A stretch of 64,000 nt of DNA, taken from positions 672,001 to 736,000 of the forward strand of contig CBDANS010000007.1 in the NCBI GenBank assembly GCA_965197745.1. The letters are read 5' to 3'. The stretch's first letter is position 1, and the number at the start of each line of letters is the position of its first letter. Both the position numbers and the translations under genes were made by a program. Below the pieces are notes generated by a model, which was not told the DNA's origin, did not search any database, and saw only the letters and a list, made by a program, of their open reading frames with translations. The stretch comes from Opitutales bacterium. GTDB lineage: Bacteria; Verrucomicrobiota; Verrucomicrobiia; Opitutales; PNEW01. Positions 48,226 through 59,439 of this stretch are shown piece after piece.

Positions 48226-51200
48226 ATGGCATTTTCATCTAATTATCGTGGTCCTGATAACACACGGTCCACTTTCTACAAATTGCTTCTGCTGACGGGT
48301 ATATTTATCACTGCTCTCATTCAGGTATTAGCCCAATCTGATAATTTACCTGCACCTGCCTTCGCGGAACTTAAAGCCAAGGCTGATAATTATTATGAAA
48401 ATAAATCCTATGCCTTAGCTTTGAAGATTTATGAAGATATTTCTGCTCTGCCGCTTAGCCCTGAACAGCAACGCTGGATAACTTATCGTAGAGCGGATTC
48501 ACAATGGCGCGCGCAAGAAGCTACACGTTCACCCGACGACACTATTCTCCAGGAAGCGCGCATAACGCTGGAAGATCTATTGCACGATATTGAAGGTGAA
48601 TTGCCACGACCGCAGCTATGGGCCGAGGGACAGGAATCACTGGGCGATTCCTGGTGGATGTCAATAAATCAGCGTAATTGGAATCAGGCATGGCATCATT
48701 ACGAGAAGGGTTTTGATTTTTGGGCCGGCTCCAGTGATTTGCAGGTAGCACGTCATCGGTATTTAAACCTCGCCTGGAAAATAACACAGTCGCCCGATAC
48801 GCAGTTAAAAAATTACACTTATGGTTACAGCGGTAATTACCTACCGGTTCCCATTTTAGAGAACCTTATAAGTTTATCCATTGAACCTGGAGATAAAGCA
48901 CAGGCACATTATTTAATGGCTATGACCTTGCGTAGTCGCGGCGGACAAAATCATCAATTGGCAAGGATCGGAGAAGAATTTACAGCTGCCCTGGAATTGG
49001 GGAAAAAGACAGATTGGTACGATGATGCGCTATTTAATTTCGCTCAATGGGCGGGGCAGAGTGGTCATAATGGTTACGACGATAATGGTAATCTCTTTTC
49101 TGAACCGGATTTTGAAAAAGCGTTGATGCTCTACCGTCGCCTGTTAACGGAATATAAAAAAGGGGAGACGCGATATTATGACTCTGCTACGTCGGCAATT
49201 AACGAAATAACCACGCCGAAGGTGAATCTCAGCGTTCCCCATGTATTCACTCCTGGGGCTGAAGTTTTCTTTAATCTCAATTGGCGTCAGACGGATACTG
49301 TAGAGATCACAATCTATCCGGTTAAATTAGCGCGCGATGTCGACTTTTCTAATACCCGCTATGAACCCTGGCAGTGGCTACAGACAATAAATACAGACGG
49401 TAAAAAAACGTTTAAAAAGATGAGCCAGAGCAAGGTCCCAAAACGGCCGTATTATCCGATGTCCGACTCCATACGGTTGGAGGGTGAAATCCCACCCGGT
49501 GCATATTTAATAGAAGCGAGGGGAGGGGAGCAAACCGCTCGCGATATAATTCTTGTGAATGATTCCGCACTTGTCCTGAAAACGACTAACCGGAGAGCGG
49601 TTGGATTTTTTTGCAACGCGGTTACGGGTAAGCCCATCCCTGAAGGAAAGCTCGTTGTATGGGAGTATAGAAGAGACGGAGATAAATCTATTTGGAATCG
49701 TGTTTCCCGACCGCTCGACGGGCAGGGTCTGGCGAATATTAAATTTAAGAAAGCCAGTCAAAACCGAAGCTATTTTGCCTCTGCCATATATGATGAGCAA
49801 CAGGCTTTTGCCATCTCGTCTTACAATTATAACACCGCCCGGTCCGATATGGAATGGCGCATTTATGCCTATACGGATCGCCCCGCTTATCGCCCGGAGG
49901 AAACCGTTTACTGGAAGGCCATTGCCCGGCAGTACGATGATGAAAGCTATTTTATACCATCCGAAGAAAGCATTACTTACCATATAGATGATCCGCGTGG
50001 TTCAACGGTCCAGGAAGGGAGGGTAACCGTAAATGCTTTCGGTGCATTCTGGGACGATTTGACGCTTACCCCTGACATGACACTGGGGGTCTATAACATA
50101 ACATTTCAAAGAGACTCTGACAAAATGTGGTTAGGCTCTGCTGCCCTCTTTCGCCTGGAGGAGTACAAACTGCCCGAGTTTAAAGTCAGCATTACTTTGG
50201 GCGATACAGAGGTAACTTCACCAGGTGCTTATCAGATGGGAGACACGGTTATCGGTACTGTCCAGGCTGATTATTATTTTGGGGGGCCGGTGCCCAATGC
50301 CGATGTTGAGCTTATTATATATCGCAGACCCTTTTTCCATGGGTGGAAACCGGCTCGAGAATTCAGCTGGTATTACGATAATTCCCCTGCCATGCGATGG
50401 CGGTATTATGGGGGTCCCGGTGAGGTGGTTAAACGGGAGACACTACAAACTGATACGAGGGGAGTAGCATCTTTTAGCATTGATACGCCTCAATATTCGG
50501 ATCAGGATCATGAATATACGATTGAAGCCCGAATCACGGATGCTTCTCGCCGTGAGATAGTAAAAACACGTTCGGTTAAAGTTACGCGGCAAAGTTATTT
50601 CGTCTATCTAGAACCTGAGCACAGGCTTTATCAGCCCAATGATCAGGTGAAAATTTTCATTCATGCCTTTGATGCTAATTCACGACCGGTCAGGGCTGAA
50701 GGCCGATTGCGTCTGACGCGGGATCGTTGGAAAGAAATCTGGATCGATGATCATGGACGCGAAATTTCGGGCGAGAAACTCAGTGATATCAAAGCGAGAC
50801 CCAGTTTTTTTCATACTTTTACTACTGCTCCTCAGGATTACAGGTTAAAGAGTCAGGGTTACGAAACTGAAGAAATAGAGATCACGCGATTGATGACAAA
50901 TAATGATGGTGAGGCTGTTTATACTTTTGAGGTGCCTCAAAGCGGGTACTACCGGGTTGCCTGGGTAAGTCGTGATAAAAGCGGTCAACCGATTAAATCT
51001 GATACCGCGCTATGGGCGGCAAAGAATCGCGACACCGAATTAGGTTATCATCCCGGGGGCGTATCTATTATTGTAGATAAGGAAACTTTTAAAGTAGGAA
51101 ATAAAGCTCCGGTTATGCTAACCGTTCCTGCCAATGACCGTTACTTGCTTTTCAGTGTTGGAGCAGAGGATATATTGTCAGCACAGGTTGTCCATGTGGA

Positions 51201-54153
51201 AGGCACCGCCAAGTTGCTGACAATTCAAATAGATAAAAAACACAGCCCCAACAGCTTCCTGGAAGCTTTGATGGTATCCGATTTCCAGATTTTTCAAAAT
51301 CGCACAGAAATAGTGACGCCCCCCTATGATAATTTTCTCAAAGTCGAAGTCACCCCTGACGCTGAAGGATATCAACCAGGTGAAAAGGGCTTATATTCGA
51401 TAGTAGTTACTGACAATGATGGCAAACCGGTCTCGGCTGAAGTATCCCTCGGTCTAATAGACGAAGCGGTCTATTATATTCAGCCGGAGATGGCTTTAGA
51501 TATTCGACAATTTTTCTTTGGTCAAAAGCGTGTGAATGCTATTCGAAATGCCAGCACCTTTGAGCAGAAGTCATATTTTCGTTTCAAGCCACAACCGTCA
51601 GATTTAAATGGATATCGAGTAGGGCTTCGCCAGATGGCACCCCGGGAGTCCTTTGAAGCTGGTGGTCTGACCGCAAAGTCAGATATTGGAACAGGAAGCG
51701 CCACACGGGATCAACTGGGCAGGGTACTCGAGGAGGACGCTGTTGTGATGAGCGAAGGATATATTCATGCTGGTGAAGAACCTGTGGTCGTCGTGCGTTC
51801 AGATTTTCGATCGACTGCTTTTTGGCAGCCCGCCATTATAACTGACAAAGAAGGTAAAGCTAAGGTTGAGGTATCTTTTCCCGATTCACTCACCACATGG
51901 AAAGCCAAGGCGCGAGCTGTTTCTCAGAAGAATCATTTTGGAAGCGGTGAGAATGATAGGCAGACTCGTCTACCTTTAATCGCCCGTTTACAAGCGCCTC
52001 GATTTTTCCTGACCGGTGATACTTTGTTCGTGTCCGGTATATTCAACAATAATACCAGTCGGCCCATGCGTATCCACCCGAAGTTAGAGGCGACGGGTAT
52101 CGAAATAGAGGGCTACCTCGATGAAAATGGTGGCCTGGTTAAAGGGACCCCCGGTCCGATAGAAACATTAGCCGAATCGGAAGTGTGTATCGATTGGCAG
52201 GTGCGCGTTACTACACCAGGAGAGACCCATCTCATACTAACAGGTAAAAGTAGTGAGTATGCTGACGCTATGACAAAACAGTTTCCTGTATATGAACATG
52301 GCATTGAAAAATTCATGGGAAAATCCGGCAAGACGCACGCTGATCACCTGGAAATTCCTCTCGATATTCCAGCACAAAGGAAAAAGGAATCGACTGCTCT
52401 GAGTGTTCAGGTGACACCAAGCATGGCCGTTACACTCTTAGATGCGCTCCCCTACCTCATTGATTATCCCTATGGATGCACCGAACAAACTATGAGCCGG
52501 TTCCTGCCCGCGATAATCGTTGCCAAAACACTAAACGAACAAGGTATCGATTCAGAGGCCATTGCCGGAAAGATTTTTGGCGGCATTGAGCGGAAATCTA
52601 TTGCTGCGACACATCCCCGGGGAAGTGGGCATCTCGAGGAACTCGATACCATTGTGAGACAGGGTTTGCGTCGCTTATATGACCTTCAACATACCAGCGG
52701 CGGTTGGGGTTGGTGGGAAGAAGGAGATGATGATCATTTTATGTCCGCTTATGTCACCTGGGGACTCACGCTGGCTCATCGGGCAGGAGTTGAAATGGAT
52801 ACATCAGTTCTCCAGCGTGCTCAGGATTTTTTGGAAAAGGAGCTCGTCGAGGAAGAATTTTCATATGATCTTCAATCGTGGATGCTCCATGCCTTAGCTG
52901 CGCGTTACGACACGGGTGAGGAGAACAAACTATCAAGATTTGAAGCCAAAGCTTTTCTTAATCTGATGAAAAACCGTGATCAACTTAATGCCTACTCCCG
53001 CGCGCTTCTCGCATTATCTGCAAAAAGTTTTGGGTTTGAGGAGGATGCTCGTTTGCTCGTTAAAAATTTACAAAATGGGGTTAAAATTGATGAACGCCCC
53101 GATCAATCTATCCTGATCAATAACGAGGACAATCATAATACAGAGATTATGGGCACCGCCCATTGGGGGGAGGATGGTATTTACTGGCGATGGTCTCAGG
53201 GGGGAGTGGAAGCGACTGCTTTTGCCCTGATGGCCATTTTAAATATCGATCCCGATAATAAATTAGTCGAACCGGTAACGAATTGGCTGGTTAAGAACCG
53301 CCGCGGATCGCAATGGAGCAATACACGTGATACCGCTATTGTCATTCTCGCCCTTAATGAATATTTAAAAGTAACAGGGGAATTGGATACCGTGCTTGAG
53401 TATGAATTGCTGGTAAACGGGCAACCCGTCGCTGAAGTAAGCGTTGACTTAAGCAATGTCTTGGAAGTTCCCTCTTCAATTAAGGTAGACCGTAATCTTA
53501 TAAAAGATGGTCGCAATATTATCGAAATTCACCGCAAGTCTGGTGAGGGTCCGATATACTTTGCAGTTAATGCCGAATATTTCAGCCTTGAAGATCCGAT
53601 AACTGCTGAGGGCAACGAAATCTTTGTTGAAAGACAGTTTTACCGTATAAAAAACGTTCCAACTTTGCTTAAAGGTTTTAACGAAGAAAAAGCACTGCTC
53701 GTGGATGGCGAGTTCCTTGCAAGCGGTGATCGATTTGAAGTTGTCCTTACCATCGACGGGAAAAACAATTATGAATATTTAATATTTGAAGATTTAAAAG
53801 CTGCGGGATTTGAATCTGTGCAGCTTCGCAGCGGGGGAATGATCCAGGTGCGTGAACTCAAGGCAGCCGCTGCAAAGAGAGATGCTGAATCGATAGAACA
53901 AGGAATTACACCGGTAGAAGAGAAGGATCGTTACACCGAGCGCAGTCAACCGGTTTACCAGGAACTCCGTGATCGGAAGATCGCGTCTTTTATAAATAGA
54001 CTGCCCGAGGGATACTGGGAGATTCGCTATCGATTGCGCGCTGAAGTGCCCGGAGAATTTCACGCCCTTCCTATTCTCGCGCATGCCATGTATGTTCCTG
54101 AGATCCGCGCAAACGGGACCGAGATTCGTTTGTCTATTAAGGATAGGAAGTGA
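48226..54153 (+). CDS. Bacterial alpha-2-macroglobulin family protein
   Basis: YTDRPAYRP, EEYKLPEF, VRSDF...FWQP, PDSLTTW, thioester motif YPYGCTEQ, GWGWW, WSNTRDT and AMYVPE. Confidence 0.95.
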   Translation: MAFSSNYRGPDNTRSTFYKLLLLTGIFITALIQVLAQSDNLPAPAFAELKAKADNYYENKSYALALKIYEDISALPLSPEQQRWITYRRADSQWRAQEATRSPDDTILQEARITLEDLLHDIEGELPRPQLWAEGQESLGDSWWMSINQRNWNQAWHHYEKGFDFWAGSSDLQVARHRYLNLAWKITQSPDTQLKNYTYGYSGNYLPVPILENLISLSIEPGDKAQAHYLMAMTLRSRGGQNHQLARIGEEFTAALELGKKTDWYDDALFNFAQWAGQSGHNGYDDNGNLFSEPDFEKALMLYRRLLTEYKKGETRYYDSATSAINEITTPKVNLSVPHVFTPGAEVFFNLNWRQTDTVEITIYPVKLARDVDFSNTRYEPWQWLQTINTDGKKTFKKMSQSKVPKRPYYPMSDSIRLEGEIPPGAYLIEARGGEQTARDIILVNDSALVLKTTNRRAVGFFCNAVTGKPIPEGKLVVWEYRRDGDKSIWNRVSRPLDGQGLANIKFKKASQNRSYFASAIYDEQQAFAISSYNYNTARSDMEWRIYAYTDRPAYRPEETVYWKAIARQYDDESYFIPSEESITYHIDDPRGSTVQEGRVTVNAFGAFWDDLTLTPDMTLGVYNITFQRDSDKMWLGSAALFRLEEYKLPEFKVSITLGDTEVTSPGAYQMGDTVIGTVQADYYFGGPVPNADVELIIYRRPFFHGWKPAREFSWYYDNSPAMRWRYYGGPGEVVKRETLQTDTRGVASFSIDTPQYSDQDHEYTIEARITDASRREIVKTRSVKVTRQSYFVYLEPEHRLYQPNDQVKIFIHAFDANSRPVRAEGRLRLTRDRWKEIWIDDHGREISGEKLSDIKARPSFFHTFTTAPQDYRLKSQGYETEEIEITRLMTNNDGEAVYTFEVPQSGYYRVAWVSRDKSGQPIKSDTALWAAKNRDTELGYHPGGVSIIVDKETFKVGNKAPVMLTVPANDRYLLFSVGAEDILSAQVVHVEGTAKLLTIQIDKKHSPNSFLEALMVSDFQIFQNRTEIVTPPYDNFLKVEVTPDAEGYQPGEKGLYSIVVTDNDGKPVSAEVSLGLIDEAVYYIQPEMALDIRQFFFGQKRVNAIRNASTFEQKSYFRFKPQPSDLNGYRVGLRQMAPRESFEAGGLTAKSDIGTGSATRDQLGRVLEEDAVVMSEGYIHAGEEPVVVVRSDFRSTAFWQPAIITDKEGKAKVEVSFPDSLTTWKAKARAVSQKNHFGSGENDRQTRLPLIARLQAPRFFLTGDTLFVSGIFNNNTSRPMRIHPKLEATGIEIEGYLDENGGLVKGTPGPIETLAESEVCIDWQVRVTTPGETHLILTGKSSEYADAMTKQFPVYEHGIEKFMGKSGKTHADHLEIPLDIPAQRKKESTALSVQVTPSMAVTLLDALPYLIDYPYGCTEQTMSRFLPAIIVAKTLNEQGIDSEAIAGKIFGGIERKSIAATHPRGSGHLEELDTIVRQGLRRLYDLQHTSGGWGWWEEGDDDHFMSAYVTWGLTLAHRAGVEMDTSVLQRAQDFLEKELVEEEFSYDLQSWMLHALAARYDTGEENKLSRFEAKAFLNLMKNRDQLNAYSRALLALSAKSFGFEEDARLLVKNLQNGVKIDERPDQSILINNEDNHNTEIMGTAHWGEDGIYWRWSQGGVEATAFALMAILNIDPDNKLVEPVTNWLVKNRRGSQWSNTRDTAIVILALNEYLKVTGELDTVLEYELLVNGQPVAEVSVDLSNVLEVPSSIKVDRNLIKDGRNIIEIHRKSGEGPIYFAVNAEYFSLEDPITAEGNEIFVERQFYRIKNVPTLLKGFNEEKALLVDGEFLASGDRFEVVLTIDGKNNYEYLIFEDLKAAGFESVQLRSGGMIQVRELKAAAAKRDAESIEQGITPVEEKDRYTERSQPVYQELRDRKIASFINRLPEGYWEIRYRLRAEVPGEFHALPILAHAMYVPEIRANGTEIRLSIKDRK

Positions 54154-54184
54154 AAACGACGGCTGATCGCGACCATTAAGAAGC

Positions 54185-54321
54185 ATCATCATACGATAAA
54201 TCATCGTCTTCGTCTGCCTCATCGTCTTCGTCCTTTTTTACTCTAATTATTAAATAATAAGGGTATAAAATCTAAGACTATTTACACACTTCCCAGCGGC
54301 CACGACGGAGCGTGGCCCTCC
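54185..54321 (+). repeat. Dispersed repeat copy (tail-arm-hairpin), between convergent genes
   Basis: AAATCATCGTCTTCGTCTGCCTCATCGTCTTCGTCC...CTTCCCAGCGGCCACGACGGAGCGTGGCCCTCC. Confidence 0.93.
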
Positions 54322-54378
54322 AAAAACCTAACCACCTAAAACGTAACACAGAAAATCTAAGGATTTTCTACCTTTTGA

Positions 54379-55656
54379 CTAAATCCTTTTTATCCCCTCA
54401 CTGATAACAGCGATGGCTTTTTCAATTATCTTATTATCATGGGCGGTACTGATGAAGCACACTTCATACGCTGACGGAGGCAAGTATACACCATGATTGA
54501 GAGCATATTGAAATAAGGATTTAAAAAGCTCCGTATTGCTGTTACTGACGTCGTCTACATTATTGATAGGCTTATCGGAGAATAGCATACAAAAAATCGA
54601 TCCTGCCTGGGGTACCTGCACAGGCAGTCCTTTTCCTTCAGCTGCTTCGATAATAGCATTCTTAATTTTCCTTCCTGCCTGTTCAAGTTGATCATAGGGA
54701 TCCGTCTCATGCAGTAATCTCAGTGCTGCTATGCCCGCCGCTAAGGCCAGAGGATTGCCGCTCAATGTCCCCGCCTGGTAGACAGGGCCCTGGGGTGCCA
54801 GCATATCCATTATTTCAGCTTTTCCACCAAAAGCACCTACAGGTAACCCTCCGCCAATAATTTTACCGAGGGCTGTGAGATCTGGCGTTACATTTTCCTT
54901 TTCCTGAACACCGCCAGATGAGACTCGGAACCCGGAAATAACTTCGTCGAAAATGAGAATACTTTCATATTTATGACAAAGGGCTCTCAGTTTTTCGAGG
55001 TAGCCGGAATGAGGCAGAATCAGACCATTATTGGCGGGGTAGGGTTCCAGGATAACCCCGGCGATAGTATCGCCATTTTCGATGAAGGCAGTTTCCAGTG
55101 CAGCACTATCATTGAAGGGTAAAACCAGCGTTTCACCCGCGAAACTGTTGGGAATACCCTCGCTGTCGGGATGTCCAAAAGTAAGCGCTCCCGAACCGGC
55201 TTTTACAAGTAGAGAATCGACGTGACCATGATAACATCCTGCGAACTTAATGATTTTATCGCGGTGAGTGTACCCTCGCGCCAGTCGAATGCAGGACATC
55301 GTCGCCTCGGTGCCGCTATTGACCATCCGTACTTTTTCCATGGAAGGGAGTGCTTGCGTGATGATTTCAGCTATCTCTACTTCATAAGGATGAGGTGTTC
55401 CAAAACTCGTTCCTTTGGAAAGCGCTTCTGCGATAGCTTGATTGATGACAGGATGATTATGACCGTGGATAGCCGGTCCCCAGGAGCAGACAAAATCAAT
55501 TAATTCATGGCCTTCTACAGTGACGAGAACGGCCCCATTTGCCTGTTGAGTATAGAAGGGTGAACCACCGACTGAATGGAAGGCCCTCACGGGTGAATTC
55601 ACGCCACCCGGCATTATTTTCAAAGCTCTTTTGTATAATTCTTCAGAGGTACTCAT
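54379..55656 (-). CDS. hemL: Glutamate-1-semialdehyde 2,1-aminomutase
   Basis: [39 protein letters not shown] and AGTLSGNP motifs. Confidence 0.98.
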   Translation of the reverse strand: MSTSEELYKRALKIMPGGVNSPVRAFHSVGGSPFYTQQANGAVLVTVEGHELIDFVCSWGPAIHGHNHPVINQAIAEALSKGTSFGTPHPYEVEIAEIITQALPSMEKVRMVNSGTEATMSCIRLARGYTHRDKIIKFAGCYHGHVDSLLVKAGSGALTFGHPDSEGIPNSFAGETLVLPFNDSAALETAFIENGDTIAGVILEPYPANNGLILPHSGYLEKLRALCHKYESILIFDEVISGFRVSSGGVQEKENVTPDLTALGKIIGGGLPVGAFGGKAEIMDMLAPQGPVYQAGTLSGNPLALAAGIAALRLLHETDPYDQLEQAGRKIKNAIIEAAEGKGLPVQVPQAGSIFCMLFSDKPINNVDDVSNSNTELFKSLFQYALNHGVYLPPSAYEVCFISTAHDNKIIEKAIAVISEGIKRI

Positions 55657-55688
55657 TAATAAATTCAGGTTAAAATAAGGAATGGGGT

Positions 55689-55830
55689 AAATCTTTGTCT
55701 TCGTCTGCGCTTGCCACGTCGTAGTCTACTGGCGAAGACGGTTTTGCCTCTTCGTCCTGAAAATAGCGCTCTGTGAGATTGAATTGGTTTAATCTGTGAC
55801 GAAGACGAAGAGGTAGACGAAGACGAAGAG
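55689..55830. repeat. MITE-like unit with inverted (TCGTCT)n tails and a nested 39-nt hairpin insertion
   Basis: The left tail is split at 55708/55748 by the insert; the right tail is GACGAAGACGAAGAGGTAGACGAAGACGAAGA (55798-55829). Confidence 0.85.
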
Positions 55831-55858
55831 TATTCCATAAACAAATGCTCATTCAAGT

Positions 55859-57493
55859 TTAGCTGATATAACGCTGCACAATGGGAATACGACGGCCGAC
55901 ACCAAATGCGAGGGGGGTAATCTTTAAGCCAGGTGCCGCTTGTTTTCTTTTGTATTCATTTAAATCCACTTTGCGGATTATGTCTTTAACCGTGGTTTTA
56001 TCGAAACCAGCTTCAATAATCTGATCCGAAAATTTTCCTTCTTCGACATAGAGTTCGAGTATCTGGTCTAATATTTCATAGGGAGGCAGTGAATCCTCAT
56101 CTTTTTGATCGGGCCGTAATTCAGCTGAGGGAGGCTTTTCAATTGAATTCCAGGGAATAATTTCCCGCTCTCTATTAATCCAGCGTGCCAGGTCGTAGAC
56201 TTTTACTTTAGGCAAGTCAGAGATGACTGCAAGTCCTCCGGCCATATCGCCATATAAAGTACAATAACCAACGGCCAATTCGCTTTTATTTCCCGTTGTG
56301 AGAAGAAGGGCGCCAAATTTATTCGATACCGCCATAAGGAGAACACCGCGACTGCGCGCCTGTATATTTTCTTCTGCTACGTCTCGATCTTTTCCTATAA
56401 ATACTGGGTTAAGAATTCTTTCCGTGGCGTCCACCATATCAGCTATTGGCAGTTCGTGATAGGTAATGCCCAGCGTTTGCGCTAGTATTGCGGCATCATC
56501 CTTACTATGTTGGCTGGAAATAGATGAAGGCAGACTGATGCCGATTACATTTTCTTTGCCCAATGCGTCAACTGCAATGGCTGCAGTCACCGAGGAGTCA
56601 ATACCTCCACTAAGACCGAGCAACGCTGTTTTGAATCCACTTTTGTGCGCATAGTCGCGCAAACCTAAAGTTAACGCATCGTGGATATCCGCTATTTCAT
56701 TCTCATCAGGGAATTCGATCTCTATACTGCTCTTCGTGTCTATTACCCTTAAGTCCTCTTTAAAGCTTTTAAGCCTGCAGAGTGTTTTACCTTGAGAGGA
56801 TGTGACCAGGCTGTTTCCATCGAATATTAATTCGTCATTGCCGCCGATCGAATTACAATAAAACACGGGGCAACCGCAGCGTTTGGCAGCATCTTTAGCC
56901 AGTGTTTCACGAAAGTTTCTCTTACCCTTGTGCCATGGACTGGAGGAAAGATTTAAGAGCACATCAATCTTTTCTCCTGCGAGTTGTTCAATCGGATCCT
57001 TGTTGTAGTGTTTTCCGGCATCGATATTGGGTCCTGTCCAGATATCTTCACAGATGGTGACACCCAGTTTTAAACCTTTGAAAACTATTATCTCTGGCTT
57101 TGCCGAAGATTCGAAATAACGGTCTTCGTCAAATACATCGTAAGTGGGCAAAAGGCATTTATGGGCAATTTTTTCTACCTTACCACCCACACACCACGCG
57201 GCGGCATTGTAGAATCTGCGACCTTTTTTTTCAGGATTAAGGGCGACAAATCCAATGAGAGCGGGAATATCCCCCGTTTTCGCGGCAATTTCATGGAGTG
57301 AGGCTTCATTGTCGGGAACAAAACGGCTTTTAAAGAGCAGATCGCGCGGGGGATAGCCGGTTATGACCAGTTCTGGGAATAAAATAAGCTCAGCTCCGTC
57401 CTCGCATAGTTTTTCGTAGGCCGTCAGTATTTTTTGACGGTTGGCGGGTAAATCACCTACCGTTGTATTAATTTGAGCCAGGCCTATTTTCAT
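55859..57493 (-). CDS. nadE: Glutamine-dependent NAD+ synthetase
   Basis: Nitrilase domain ([20 protein letters not shown]) plus [20 protein letters not shown] and PPSAEL. Confidence 0.97.
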   Translation of the reverse strand: MKIGLAQINTTVGDLPANRQKILTAYEKLCEDGAELILFPELVITGYPPRDLLFKSRFVPDNEASLHEIAAKTGDIPALIGFVALNPEKKGRRFYNAAAWCVGGKVEKIAHKCLLPTYDVFDEDRYFESSAKPEIIVFKGLKLGVTICEDIWTGPNIDAGKHYNKDPIEQLAGEKIDVLLNLSSSPWHKGKRNFRETLAKDAAKRCGCPVFYCNSIGGNDELIFDGNSLVTSSQGKTLCRLKSFKEDLRVIDTKSSIEIEFPDENEIADIHDALTLGLRDYAHKSGFKTALLGLSGGIDSSVTAAIAVDALGKENVIGISLPSSISSQHSKDDAAILAQTLGITYHELPIADMVDATERILNPVFIGKDRDVAEENIQARSRGVLLMAVSNKFGALLLTTGNKSELAVGYCTLYGDMAGGLAVISDLPKVKVYDLARWINREREIIPWNSIEKPPSAELRPDQKDEDSLPPYEILDQILELYVEEGKFSDQIIEAGFDKTTVKDIIRKVDLNEYKRKQAAPGLKITPLAFGVGRRIPIVQRYIS

Positions 57494-57586
57494 AATTAAA
57501 ATTTACAAGTATTGAGCTTTTTAAAAAAATTTAAAACTTTGCAAAATGAAAGCTGTTATGACCTTTTCTGTCAGGATAGTAATAAA

Positions 57587-58951
57587 ATGGAAAGGATCAA
57601 AACAATACATTTAGGCCACTCTCATAAACTGGAGAGAAAGTTCAAGGTAAAGTTTTTTCAGCTTATTGCCTGGCTCTTAACTTTTTTTCTGGCAGAGACT
57701 GATGGGCTGGCTGAGACCGTAAAACTATCGCTTAGTCAGACATTGGAGATCATCGAAGATGAAAATTTGCAGGTATTAATTAATAGACAAGTGGTTGAAG
57801 AAACCCTACAGAGATCGTACATTGAACGGGCTAGATTGTTGCCTTCATTAAGTCTTGAAAGTGTTCAAATCCGCACGCAATTCGTCAATGTTGGGAGAGG
57901 ATTTGAATTTCCGAGTCCACCGCCAGTGAATCGATTCGACGCAAAAATTTCGGGGGATTTTCCACTTTTTAACGCCAATAACTACGCCAGCTATCGTTTG
58001 GCAAAATTTCAGCACGAAATTTCCGAACTTAATTACAAAAGTGTTCTTGAGGAAATACTCGAAGCGACAGCTATTACTTATCTTACACACTTGCGTAATC
58101 TCAAGCGAATTGAAGTGCTCGATGCTAATATTATACGGGATCGCGTTCTTTTAAATCTTGCCGAAGCACAATTTCAAGCGGGTGTGGCCGCGAGGATCGA
58201 TGTCACGCGCGCGGAGGGACAGCTCGCGACAGATGAAAAGGTGCGATTGCAGCAGGATACTTTGGTCATGCGCAGTGAACTTCAATTAAAACGGTTGCTT
58301 AAACTTAATCTTGAGGCGGATTTGCAGCTTGAGTATATCGAATTGAATAATCCCGATCAAAGCCAGGCCTTTAATTTTTCTCTGGAACACATTCATGAAT
58401 TGCGGCCCGATTACATAGAAGCAGCACATGAACTGACCCGAAATCGTTATGCAAAAAAAGCAGCCAATCTTGAAAAGTTGCCTACAGTGCAGGTCTTTGG
58501 TGAGTATGGTTATGCCACAGAGGAGGCTTTTGATGGTAATGAAGATGATGCCTGGATAGTGGGTCTGTATTTATCTTTTCCTATTTTTGAAGGTTTTCGC
58601 ATACGCTCCAATATTCATCAGGCCTTAGCGGCTATTCGCAGGCAGGAGTTGGCTGTCGAAGACCTGCAGTTGGAAATCAATTCGGAATATATACTCGCGC
58701 GTCAGGACGCCCGATCACGTTTTAAACAAATCGACATTGTCCGTAAGAAAGTAGAGTTGAGCGATGAAGAACTAGAATTGGCACGCAATCGATTTGAAGG
58801 GGGTGTCGCTGATAATCGTGATCTTACAGACGCGCAGGCATCACTGGCTGAGGCCAATGATGAACTGGTTGATGCGGTCTATCTCTACAACTTGAGTCGC
58901 CTTGAGTTGGCGCGCGCGCGTGGTGATGTACGATTGTTGATCAGTGAATAA
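57587..58951 (+). CDS. TolC family outer-membrane protein (start uncertain; ORF open from 57512)
   Basis: Two OEP repeats (LLPSLSL / KLPTVQV, FPLFN / FPIFEG, QFQAGV / RFEGGV). Confidence 0.88.
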   Translation: MERIKTIHLGHSHKLERKFKVKFFQLIAWLLTFFLAETDGLAETVKLSLSQTLEIIEDENLQVLINRQVVEETLQRSYIERARLLPSLSLESVQIRTQFVNVGRGFEFPSPPPVNRFDAKISGDFPLFNANNYASYRLAKFQHEISELNYKSVLEEILEATAITYLTHLRNLKRIEVLDANIIRDRVLLNLAEAQFQAGVAARIDVTRAEGQLATDEKVRLQQDTLVMRSELQLKRLLKLNLEADLQLEYIELNNPDQSQAFNFSLEHIHELRPDYIEAAHELTRNRYAKKAANLEKLPTVQVFGEYGYATEEAFDGNEDDAWIVGLYLSFPIFEGFRIRSNIHQALAAIRRQELAVEDLQLEINSEYILARQDARSRFKQIDIVRKKVELSDEELELARNRFEGGVADNRDLTDAQASLAEANDELVDAVYLYNLSRLELARARGDVRLLISE

Positions 58952-58986
58952 ATTTAAACGCTTTCGGTATTGAGATGATTAAAATG

Positions 58987-59250
58987 ATCTTCGTCTTCGT
59001 CTGCCTCCTCGTCTTGGTCCACTTATACCCTAATTACTAAATAATAATGGGTATTAAATCTGAGACTGTTATTCATACTTCCCAACGGACGCTCCGTCGT
59101 GGCCGCTTAAGAGTGTGATTAAACAATGGGTAGAAATTTATATAGGTTATATGTTATACTCAAAACACTTTCTAATTTGTGCTTTTGGAAGATCTCACTT
59201 CGCTCGGTAGTGGCTATCTCAATCCAGGGACCAAGACCAAGACGCAGATA
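58987..59250 (+). repeat. Dispersed repeat copy with a collapsed hairpin doublet and a downstream GTGGCTATCT module
   Basis: Tail and arm as in the other copies; junction CGGACGCTCCGTCGTGGCCGC at 59086-59106; 59089-59225 parallels 11341-11457. Confidence 0.9.
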
Positions 59251-59439
59251 ATTAGAACCAAACCTCGATCTTATGGCTGTTAAGGACAGTCGCCAGGAGC
59301 ATGCTTTTCTCTTCTCGACTCGCTTAATTCATGATAAAGGCTCATTCTGGTATTTCAATTATCAGGTTTTTTAAAACAATTCGGGATTGGTGTTGTTTTT
59401 ACATATTAAAACTAATCGAATTTTTTAGTATCATTTGAG

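Noticed and set aside
55665..55856. Short ORFs with SSSS or RLRL runs (also 20721-20918, 42831-43013, 43859-44116, 61623-61877)
   Set aside because: These are translations of the periodic intergenic repeats and show no coding features.
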